Shown in pieces: positions 38,300 to 45,966 of a stretch of 64,000 nt of DNA. A program made the position numbers and the translations under genes. Source of the DNA: Cystobacterineae bacterium (GTDB lineage Bacteria > Myxococcota > Myxococcia > Myxococcales > Myxococcaceae); contig WRKR01000007.1 in assembly GCA_009782175.1 (NCBI GenBank), positions 6,125-70,124 of the forward strand, given 5' to 3'. Positions within the stretch are counted from its first letter, which is position 1. The number at the start of each line of letters is the position of its first letter. The notes under the pieces were generated by a model that was not told the DNA's origin, did no database searches, and saw only the letters and a program-made list of their open reading frames with translations.

Positions 38300-39886
38300 G
38301 TGCACGAACAAGAGCTTATTTCGCCTCGTTTTCAGTCCATTGTGTCTGAGTTGGTGAGTGCTTCAGGGTTTTCCTTGGATTTTCCCGAGGAAGTCCTTGA
38401 GCAAGTTTCCAAAATTCCCTTGCGTCTGTCGTCCAAGGAGCGGAATGAGCCTTTGCGCAGAGATCTACGCGCGCTCCCCTTTGTCACCATTGATGATGAA
38501 GATGCCAAAGACTTTGACGATGCGGTTTATATAGAAAAGAGAGGTGAAGGTTTTCGCCTCTGGGTAGCCATTTCAGATTTAACCCACTATGTGCCCGAGG
38601 GCAGCGCACTGGACGAGTGCGCGCTGCAAAGAGCAACCTCGGTGTATTTGACATTCCGCGTTTTGCCGATGTTTCCAGAGCGCCTTTCAAACCACATTTG
38701 CTCCTTGTTGCCCGGGGAGGAAAAGCTTTGTCTCGTGGTAGAAATGGTGTTGGATGCGCAGGGGCGCTTTTTGGATACAGAAATTTACCCTGCCGTCATC
38801 CAAAGCGCAGCCAGGCTGACTTATGAGGCAGTGCAGGCGTTTTTTGATGGAAACCCCTCACAACAACTTCTCCCCTTTCTCCCCATGCTGGAAAATGCGC
38901 GCACACTGGCCTCGCGCTTGCGCGCTTTGCGCACCCAACGAGGGGTTTTAGAGGTGCAACTCGCCGGGCGACGTTTGGAATATGACGCACAAGGCGAGCC
39001 CCAGGGAGTGCGCTTGTGCTTCCCCAAAGAAAGCCATGGCCTCGTGGAGTTGTTTATGGTGTGTGCCAACGAGGCTGTGGCGCGCTATGCCACTCGACGG
39101 GCATTGCCGGTGCTTTTTCGTTGCCACGGCACTCCTGACGAAAAAAAGCTCCTCATTCTCTCAAATGTGGCAAAATTTATGGGCCTTTCCATGGGCAAGC
39201 CCAGCCCGCACGCCTTTAACCGCCTGTTGAGTTTGGTGCATGGCAAACCTGAAGAGCGTTTTTTCGGGCAATTGCTGCTTCGCGCAATGAAGCAGGCCGT
39301 TTATTCCGAGAAAAACGAAGGGCACTATGGGTTGGCCTCCTTGGCCTATTTGCATTTCACCTCACCCATCCGCCGCTACCCGGATTTATGGGTGCACCGT
39401 GTGCTCAAGGCCCACTGGGCAAACACGCTTTTGCCCGCTGACACAACAACCTTGGCCTGGCTGGCAACGCATTGCCTGGAGAGAGAGCGCTTGGCCATAC
39501 AGCTGGAGCGCGAGGTGGTTGCCCGAGGCGGTGCTTATTTGGCGGAAAAACACCTCGGGGAAGTTTTTCAAGCCACCGTTGTAGGCTTTGCAAGGGTAGG
39601 CTGTTTTCTGGAGCTGGAAGGGCTTTGGACAGAAGGCCTCATCCCCATGAAACAATTTGGCAAGCAGGCGTTTTTTGACGAGAAAAACCATTGCTTGCGG
39701 CTCCCCAACCGGCGCATTCTGCAGGTGGGCATGCGTTGCACCGTGTGCATTTGCTCTGTCCACCTAGAGCAAAGCCGCGTCAGGTTGAAGTGCTTGTCTC
39801 CGCTGGAAGAGCTCGGCAGGGAGCCAAAAAGAAGCAAAAATCCCCAAAACCCGCCCCAGGCCAGGAATGAGGACGAGGACATTTAA
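38300..39886 (+). CDS. rnr: RNase II/R-family 3'-5' exoribonuclease (RNB + S1 domains, no N-terminal cold-shock domains)
   Basis: FVTIDDEDAKDFDDAVYIEKRGEGFRLWVAISDLTHYV...RATSVYLTFRVLPMFPERLSN...HYGLASLAYLHFTSPIRRYPDLWVHR. S1-like GEVFQATVVGFARVGCFLELEG. The RNB motif already begins at residue ~58. Confidence 0.85.
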   Translation: MHEQELISPRFQSIVSELVSASGFSLDFPEEVLEQVSKIPLRLSSKERNEPLRRDLRALPFVTIDDEDAKDFDDAVYIEKRGEGFRLWVAISDLTHYVPEGSALDECALQRATSVYLTFRVLPMFPERLSNHICSLLPGEEKLCLVVEMVLDAQGRFLDTEIYPAVIQSAARLTYEAVQAFFDGNPSQQLLPFLPMLENARTLASRLRALRTQRGVLEVQLAGRRLEYDAQGEPQGVRLCFPKESHGLVELFMVCANEAVARYATRRALPVLFRCHGTPDEKKLLILSNVAKFMGLSMGKPSPHAFNRLLSLVHGKPEERFFGQLLLRAMKQAVYSEKNEGHYGLASLAYLHFTSPIRRYPDLWVHRVLKAHWANTLLPADTTTLAWLATHCLERERLAIQLEREVVARGGAYLAEKHLGEVFQATVVGFARVGCFLELEGLWTEGLIPMKQFGKQAFFDEKNHCLRLPNRRILQVGMRCTVCICSVHLEQSRVRLKCLSPLEELGREPKRSKNPQNPPQARNEDEDI

Positions 39887-40086
39887 CGTGGGCGCTTGTG
39901 CCTGAAGAGAAGCGACAGTTAAGGAGAAGCGACAGGGCTTCATCGTTTGGCAAAAAATATAGCAAGTACATCCAAGAAAGCCTAGATCGAACGAGGGTTG
40001 AAGTGAGCGTGGCGAGAGACGCCGTTTGCGTTCAGATGAGGCGAGCTTTAGCTTGCATCCATTGAAACCGGTCTAGAGGCTTCTGA

Positions 40087-41547
40087 ATGAATGTTGTTTT
40101 CTTTGTTTTAATTGTCGGCTCCATCCTCATTGCATCCTTCAATGGGAGAATGCCTGAGCTCACAAGTGCCAGCATCGTCTCTGCAAAAAAAGCCGTAGAG
40201 TTGGCCTTGGGGTTGGCGGGGCAGATGACTTTGTGGCTGGGCTTCATGGGGGTGCTTCGCGAGTCCGGAGTGCTCGCCAGCCTGGTGCGTTGGCTCACGC
40301 CCCTCACCAAGAGGTTGTTTCCGGAAATTCCAGCAAACCACCCTGCCCTCTCTGCCATGGTGATGAATTTTTCTACCAATATTTTGGGCCTGGGCAATGC
40401 GGCTACGCCTTTTGGCCTTAAGGCCATGCATGAGCTTAATACCCTCAACAAACACCAGGGAGTTGCCACCAACTCCATGGTACTCTTCCTGGTCATCAAT
40501 ACTTCGGGACTTGCCCTTCTCCCCCTGGGTGTCGTCGCCATACGCTCTGCCCTCAACTCCAAGGATGCCGGGGGCATCATCCTCCCCTCCCTCATAGGTA
40601 CTTTTATTGCCACCCTTGTGGCTGTCGCTTTGTGCAAACTCATTGAGCGCCTCCCTCTGTTTTCTGAAAAAAAACACACCACTTCCTCGGAAACAGCTTC
40701 TGCAGAAACAGCTTCCTCGGAAATGAAGCCTCCGCCTCCTTTGCCGGAGCTGATATTGAAAGACAGCCAGCCGGCCAGCTGGCGCACTTGGTTTGTGCTC
40801 GCCATCTCTATCGCTGTTGCGTCGGCATTCATGCTTTCTCTGGGGAATGTGGAAGCAAAGGCGGGCGCCCATTGCTCCAACAACAGCAACTGCGTTGCGG
40901 GCACAGTTTGTGTCAGCGGCATTTGCCAAATACCCAACCCTTCCACATGCGCGCTTGCCTGCGCAGATGGAGAAGCCTGTGTCCATGGTGAATGCCATGC
41001 AAAGCCGGGTGCCATAGAATATTTGCGCCCCTATTTGTCCAGCTGGCTTTTGCCTTTGTTAATGCTCTCCATTGTCTGCCTGGGGTTTTCAAGGCGGGTG
41101 AATGTCTATGGTGCCTTCATCGCTTCTGCCAAAGAAGGTTTTCAGCTGGCCGTCTCTCTCATCCCCTATTTGGTTGCCATTCTCGTCGCCGTTGGAATGT
41201 TTCGCGCTTCAGGAGCGCTCGACTTTCTCATTGGCGCCGTCGGGCCGTGGACAAGCCTGGTTGGGCTGCCGGCAGAAGCTTTGCCCATGGCCTTCACGCG
41301 CCCACTGTCTGCCTCCGGAGCCATGGCCATTATGGTGGAAACCATGGAGCACCATGGACCGGACTCCCTCGTCGGCTATATGGTCTCCCTCATCAACGGC
41401 AGCTCTGAAACCACCTTCTATGTGTTGGCCGTTTATTTTGGCGCCGTACATATCATAAAAACGCGCCATGCCGTATTGGCATGCATGAGTGCAGACGTCT
41501 TCAGCCTGGGCATCACCGTTTTTTTGACTCATCTGTTTTTTGGTTGA
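40087..41547 (+). CDS. Fused SpmA/SpmB-type nucleoside-recognition (Gate) domain membrane protein with a Cys-rich insert
   Basis: SpmA-like half: AVELALGLAGQMTLWLGFMGVLRESG...NILGLGNAATPFGLKAM. SpmB-like half: EGFQLAVSLIPYLVAILVAVGMFRASGALD...RPLSASGAMAIM...GSSETTFYVLAVYFG. Between them lies an 8-Cys segment, HCSNNSNCVAGTVCVSGICQIPNPSTCALACADGEACVHGEC. Confidence 0.8.
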   Translation: MNVVFFVLIVGSILIASFNGRMPELTSASIVSAKKAVELALGLAGQMTLWLGFMGVLRESGVLASLVRWLTPLTKRLFPEIPANHPALSAMVMNFSTNILGLGNAATPFGLKAMHELNTLNKHQGVATNSMVLFLVINTSGLALLPLGVVAIRSALNSKDAGGIILPSLIGTFIATLVAVALCKLIERLPLFSEKKHTTSSETASAETASSEMKPPPPLPELILKDSQPASWRTWFVLAISIAVASAFMLSLGNVEAKAGAHCSNNSNCVAGTVCVSGICQIPNPSTCALACADGEACVHGECHAKPGAIEYLRPYLSSWLLPLLMLSIVCLGFSRRVNVYGAFIASAKEGFQLAVSLIPYLVAILVAVGMFRASGALDFLIGAVGPWTSLVGLPAEALPMAFTRPLSASGAMAIMVETMEHHGPDSLVGYMVSLINGSSETTFYVLAVYFGAVHIIKTRHAVLACMSADVFSLGITVFLTHLFFG

Positions 41548-43195
41548 GGCTGGCTTGCAAACCTTGCAGCTCTGCTCGCAGCTCTATCAACGGATCCACA
41601 CTCATCACCCGTTGAATGAGAAGCTTTGCCGCCTCAGGCTTTTGCTTGGCCAGTTTTTCAAAAGCCATTTTTCTCTCTTGCACCTTGGTTTTAATGGACC
41701 AGGGCAAGCCATTCTCTTTGCATCTTTTGGCCAACGGCATCTGCTCAAACAAAGCCAACTCCGCATCCTGAAGCCTTGCTTGCGCCAGGCGCAAACTGTT
41801 TTGAGCTTTTTTCAAAAAAACAAGGAGATCTTCAGGAAACTCTGTGGCCTCTTTGGAGAGGGCTTCCAGAGAAGCCATGGCAAACTCCCCCATGTTTGTG
41901 GCAGCACAAAGCTCTCTGGCTGCGAAAAATACTTCTGCTTCGTGAATGGGCCCCACATCCTCCACCGCACGCTCTACCCACCAAGCCAATTGACGAGCTG
42001 CCACCGCCGCAGAATAATATTGTTTCTGCTCCTTGCGCAACGCCACCCATCGCCTCAACAAAATCGGATCCGGCAACTCCGGCAAATAGGCTTTGGAATA
42101 TAAAACAGCCGCTTTGGATGGCTGGCCAGACAGATCATAAAGTATCGCCCACTTCAAAGCATCATTCCCTTCCAACTCCTTCACCGTTTGCTGTTGCTCT
42201 CGCTTGGCAACTTGGTAGTTAACCAGGCTGCTGGGCAATGCCTGGAAAAAACGCTGAAGGCTTTCAAAAGCGCGTTGACGTACCAAAGCATTTCTTGAAG
42301 TGCCCAGAATGTCCAACAAGCCATCCACCACCGAAGCATCCATCCTAAAACCCAAGGTTTGCACGGTTTCGGCCCTCAACAAAATATCCGAAGCTTTCAA
42401 AGCAGCTTCAAGCTCCTCCGGAGAATGCCATGGAAAAACCATCTGCGTTTGAAGAAACTCCGGGCTTTTGCTTTCCAGCAAGGTTTTGAGTTGACGAAGC
42501 TGTTTTAAGCGCGTCTCTATTTCAGGTATGCGATCTGCAAGGGGTTGTTTGGCGAGACGTTCTGCCTCTTCCCATTTGGCAAAGGCCACAAGAGAATCCA
42601 ACTCCAAAGAAAGCAATGCCACTCGGGCATCATCCCGGTGTTTCCCTGCGGGAAATTGGCGAAGGTAGTTAAAATAGTCACTGGCCGTTTTTGCATTCTG
42701 AAAATAAACCTCATCCAAACGATCGCTCGCTATGGCTCCCAGAGGTTTGTCCGCATAAAATTGAGCAGCGCCTCCCAAACGCGTCAAGTCATCCGAATGC
42801 TCAAGCTCCACCTGCTCTATTTTAGCCAAATGCTCAACCACCTCCGCATGGTGAGGCCCGTCCGGGTATTCCCTTAAAAAACGTCGCAAAGCCTGAGAGC
42901 TGCCCTCCGTCATGGCATTTTCAAACCGCAAATTTTCCAGCAAAATGGCTGCTGTTCTGGCTTCTGGAGCTTTCGGGAATTTTTCTAAAAAACGCTTATA
43001 TCCCAGAATGCTGTGAAGCTCCTTGGCCTGTTTAAATTCAATCTCTGCCAAGCCCTCCTGCTCCAAAAGCGTCAACTCTTCTTCTGAGTTGCTTTGAAGG
43101 TATTCCGGATATGTTTCAATGAGGTCCGCTTTGGGGGTTGATTGACAAGCAAGGCTCAACAACAAAACACCCAGAGCTAAATAGAATGTTTTCAC
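41513..43195 (-). CDS. Lipoprotein with helical (TPR/HEAT-like) repeats
   Basis: GTG 43195 gives (M)KTFYLALGVLLLSLAC-QS, which contains a lipobox. The longer track start at 43297 would overlap the divergent gene. The body is helical repeats (e.g. VVDGLLDILGTSRNALVRQRAFESLQRF). Confidence 0.65.
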   Translation of the reverse strand: MKTFYLALGVLLLSLACQSTPKADLIETYPEYLQSNSEEELTLLEQEGLAEIEFKQAKELHSILGYKRFLEKFPKAPEARTAAILLENLRFENAMTEGSSQALRRFLREYPDGPHHAEVVEHLAKIEQVELEHSDDLTRLGGAAQFYADKPLGAIASDRLDEVYFQNAKTASDYFNYLRQFPAGKHRDDARVALLSLELDSLVAFAKWEEAERLAKQPLADRIPEIETRLKQLRQLKTLLESKSPEFLQTQMVFPWHSPEELEAALKASDILLRAETVQTLGFRMDASVVDGLLDILGTSRNALVRQRAFESLQRFFQALPSSLVNYQVAKREQQQTVKELEGNDALKWAILYDLSGQPSKAAVLYSKAYLPELPDPILLRRWVALRKEQKQYYSAAVAARQLAWWVERAVEDVGPIHEAEVFFAARELCAATNMGEFAMASLEALSKEATEFPEDLLVFLKKAQNSLRLAQARLQDAELALFEQMPLAKRCKENGLPWSIKTKVQERKMAFEKLAKQKPEAAKLLIQRVMSVDPLIELRAELQGLQASLNQKTDESKKR

Positions 43196-43262
43196 GCATA
43201 GAGTGCTAGCACTTTTTCTGAGTTTTTGACCTATAAACAAAATCAAGCGAATATTCTCCTGA

Positions 43263-43964
43263 ATGAAAACGCTTTGGTTATTTCTTGGCTTTGGCATGTT
43301 GACAGGGTGCGCAACAAGCCATTCCTCTTCTCATTCTGCTCTCTTAGAAGCATTCGCTCAAGAGGCCATGCCCCCTGCTGAAAAACAAGCTTCTATGAAG
43401 CCTTCGGCACAAAAGGCCAGAAAAAAAGTCGTAGAAACAGCTCAAGCTTCTCTTGGAAAAAAACAAATTGTCCTCCAGGGGAAAAAATATCCCAATGACT
43501 GTTCTGGATTTGTCAATGCACTCTATGCGCAAGTCGGCATCGACTTGATGCAAACAGCACAGCCTAAAGACAATGCCGTCACTGCCATGTTTCGCTATGC
43601 ACAAGTACATGGAAAAATATTCAAAGGAGGTTGGCCTGTGCCGGGGGATTTGGTGTTTTTTCGAAACACCTATAGGCTTAAAACGCAACGCTCTTCCGCT
43701 GCGCTGACGCATGTGGGGATTGTCGAATCCATGGATGCGGATGGGACTGTCTATGTCATCCACCGCGTCCAACGAGGTGTGGTGCGCTATGCCATGAATC
43801 TCAACGAAAAAAAACAAACGAAAAACCAGCATGGCAAACGAATCAACGACTATATTCGAGCACGCCAAGGAAGCCAGCCTGCAAAACTGACTGCTGAGCT
43901 TTTCGTCAGTTATGCAAGCCTGCTTCCTGTTGAGTCTGCTTTGATCGCTCGCAATGAGAAATAG
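43263..43964 (+). CDS. NlpC/P60 (C40) family peptidoglycan peptidase lipoprotein
   Basis: Lipobox MLTGC-A. Catalytic Cys context NDCSGFVNALYAQVG and His context LTHVGIVESMDADGTVYVIH. Confidence 0.75.
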   Translation: MKTLWLFLGFGMLTGCATSHSSSHSALLEAFAQEAMPPAEKQASMKPSAQKARKKVVETAQASLGKKQIVLQGKKYPNDCSGFVNALYAQVGIDLMQTAQPKDNAVTAMFRYAQVHGKIFKGGWPVPGDLVFFRNTYRLKTQRSSAALTHVGIVESMDADGTVYVIHRVQRGVVRYAMNLNEKKQTKNQHGKRINDYIRARQGSQPAKLTAELFVSYASLLPVESALIARNEK

Positions 43965-43967
43965 AAG

Positions 43968-44888
43968 CTAGGAAGCTCTCAGCGACAAAATATAGCGCTG
44001 AATTTCAAACCACACTTGCTGCGGCGAATAACCTAAAACCCACCACGCCACCGCAAAAATACTCAGAAGAACGGCCACAAGCACCACAAGAGAAATTTTC
44101 CACCACTGCGTTTTTTGTGTTGGCGCCACAATTTCTGCTGATGGTCGGAATGGCTCATGTTGATCTGTTTCTTCATCTTCAACCTGGCGACTCTCCTCTA
44201 TAACACATGGGGGAAGCTCTTCTATAAAACTCTGTTGCGTAGGCTCATCTAATTGAGCAACAAAACGTTGCGTAGGCTCATCTGCTTGCTCCATAAAACG
44301 GGGTGCATCAGCAGGTGCTGGTTGTGCCTGATCGACGAAAGGAAGAAGTATAGGGGCAACAACCTGCAAAGGAGCCTCGGGAACAGAAGAGGCTTCAGGA
44401 GCAAGCTCTTGAGAGGAAGCTGAAGAAATTTCGCGCATGAAGATGCTGCTGAGCGGATCTTCACGGGAATAATTGGCTCCAAAATCAAAATAGGCAACCT
44501 CATGAGCCTCTTGCTTATAAACGCTGGGGGAATTTTCTCGAAGAGGCTGCTCATCCAAAGCTGCCTCCTTGGCATGCTCAGCTTCTCCAGCCCAAGGAGA
44601 GGGCTGTGACGCAGAGGTTGAAAACACTCCCTCAGAAGGCGAAAATCCAAAAAGCTGTGTGGCTCCTGAAGAAGGATATGCTGCCTCCTCGTCGGAAAAA
44701 GCGGAGAGCTCCTGCGACAACAAAAGCGGAGGAGTTGTCATCTGACTGTCTGCCTCCTCTTCTTCTCCTGTAGGGCTCAGTTTAAAGACATGCCCACAGT
44801 GAGCGCATTGGAGAGAAATGCCCTCCGAAACAACTCGATCATCATCAATAGAATAGGTGGTTGAGCACTGCTTGCAGGAAATCAGCAC
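43968..44888 (-). CDS. MJ0042-type zinc-ribbon protein with an acidic disordered middle and a C-terminal TM helix
   Basis: MLISCKQCSTTYSIDDDRVVSEGISLQCAHCGHVFKL (CxxC...CxxC). C-terminal WWKISLVVLVAVLLSIFAVAWWVLG. Confidence 0.7.
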   Translation of the reverse strand: MLISCKQCSTTYSIDDDRVVSEGISLQCAHCGHVFKLSPTGEEEEADSQMTTPPLLLSQELSAFSDEEAAYPSSGATQLFGFSPSEGVFSTSASQPSPWAGEAEHAKEAALDEQPLRENSPSVYKQEAHEVAYFDFGANYSREDPLSSIFMREISSASSQELAPEASSVPEAPLQVVAPILLPFVDQAQPAPADAPRFMEQADEPTQRFVAQLDEPTQQSFIEELPPCVIEESRQVEDEETDQHEPFRPSAEIVAPTQKTQWWKISLVVLVAVLLSIFAVAWWVLGYSPQQVWFEIQRYILSLRAS

Positions 44889-44900
44889 AGGCCCTCTATA

Positions 44901-45308
44901 TCATTTTTTTGTATCGCACTGAATGAATAGGTGCTCTTTGAGGGATTTTAATCGAGCAGGTCCAATACCCGAAAATTTTGCGACTTCCTCCCACTCACAA
45001 AACCCCCCTATTCTCTCTCTTTCTTCTAGAAGACCCACAAGCACTTTGGAGGGAACTTTTGGAAGATTTTTCAGCTCGTTAAGGCTGACCAGGTTTAAAT
45101 CCGCCTTTTGTCCAAGCAACCAAAGTTGATGGGGCAAAAGAGGTGCCCCCTCTCCACAATGTACATGGGTTTCCGCTAACCTTAACTCAGAAAAAGCACA
45201 GCCCCAAGGCGTTTGGTGGGAGGGCCACCACTCAACATAAACCCAAGAACAGAAGCTCCCCAGAAGGAAAACCCACGCCAGCTTCCCTGTTAAAATAGGC
45301 AAATGCAC
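44901..45308 (-). CDS. ComEA-like helix-hairpin-helix DNA-binding protein (membrane anchored)
   Basis: GTG 45308 lies after GGAAGGTGAAGG and avoids overlap with tmk. TM segment LAWVFLLGSFCSWVYVEWW. HhH tail VSLNELKNLPKVPSKVLVGLLEERERIGGFCEWEEVAKFSGIGPARLKSL. Confidence 0.6.
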   Translation of the reverse strand: MHLPILTGKLAWVFLLGSFCSWVYVEWWPSHQTPWGCAFSELRLAETHVHCGEGAPLLPHQLWLLGQKADLNLVSLNELKNLPKVPSKVLVGLLEERERIGGFCEWEEVAKFSGIGPARLKSLKEHLFIQCDTKK

Positions 45309-45322
45309 GCCTTCACCTTCCT

Positions 45323-45961
45323 TCACTCCAAGCCAAAATATTGATGAAGCGCATTCTCCATGCGCCGACTCAACTCTTCTCTTGGCAAGCTTGCTTCCAT
45401 GCACAAAATATGCTCCCCAGCTTGCCGTCGAACTGCAATAGCGCATTCATAGTTTTCAGCAACCCTCTTTTGTGTTTCCAAGGCCTCATAAAGCTCTGCG
45501 TGGGGTCGTGTGCGCATTCGCTGGGCCGCAAGCTCAGGCTCAATTTTCAAAAACACCGTGCAATCCGGAACCAACGCATGCTGGTTGAGCGCCATTATCC
45601 AATCCATCGACGAGGACAAGCTTTGATAGGCCAAAGAAGAAAGCAAATAACGGTCAGAAATAACCCAATGGCCCTGCTCCAATGCAGGTAGCACCTCTGC
45701 CTCGAGGTGATCCTCCCTGTCCGCCGCAAACAGCAAGGCCAAGCTCCTGGGCGACAAAGCCTTGCCTGTCGCATCCACACTCAGACGACCTGACAATGCC
45801 TGTCGGATCAACGCGCCAATGGGGCCTTTGGAGGGCTCGCAGGTTGCGTGTACGGCCAGACCACGTCGCCTCAAAGAAGCTACCAAACACGCTGCCTGTG
45901 TGGTTGTTCCTGCACCATCCAAACCTTCTATAACTAAAAATTTCCCACGGCCCATATCCAT
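45323..45961 (-). CDS. tmk: dTMP (thymidylate) kinase
   Basis: GKFLVIEGLDGAGTTTQAACL...EPSKGPIGALIRQAL...ISDRYLLSSLAYQ. Confidence 0.9.
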   Translation of the reverse strand: MDMGRGKFLVIEGLDGAGTTTQAACLVASLRRRGLAVHATCEPSKGPIGALIRQALSGRLSVDATGKALSPRSLALLFAADREDHLEAEVLPALEQGHWVISDRYLLSSLAYQSLSSSMDWIMALNQHALVPDCTVFLKIEPELAAQRMRTRPHAELYEALETQKRVAENYECAIAVRRQAGEHILCMEASLPREELSRRMENALHQYFGLE

Positions 45962-45966
45962 ATCTC

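Noticed and set aside
40032-41015. 327-aa and 296-aa minus-strand ORFs (the second at 40108..40998).
   Set aside because: They are shadow frames opposite the SpmA/SpmB membrane protein in a GC-rich stretch. Their sequences are Arg/Ala/Gly-rich with no motifs.
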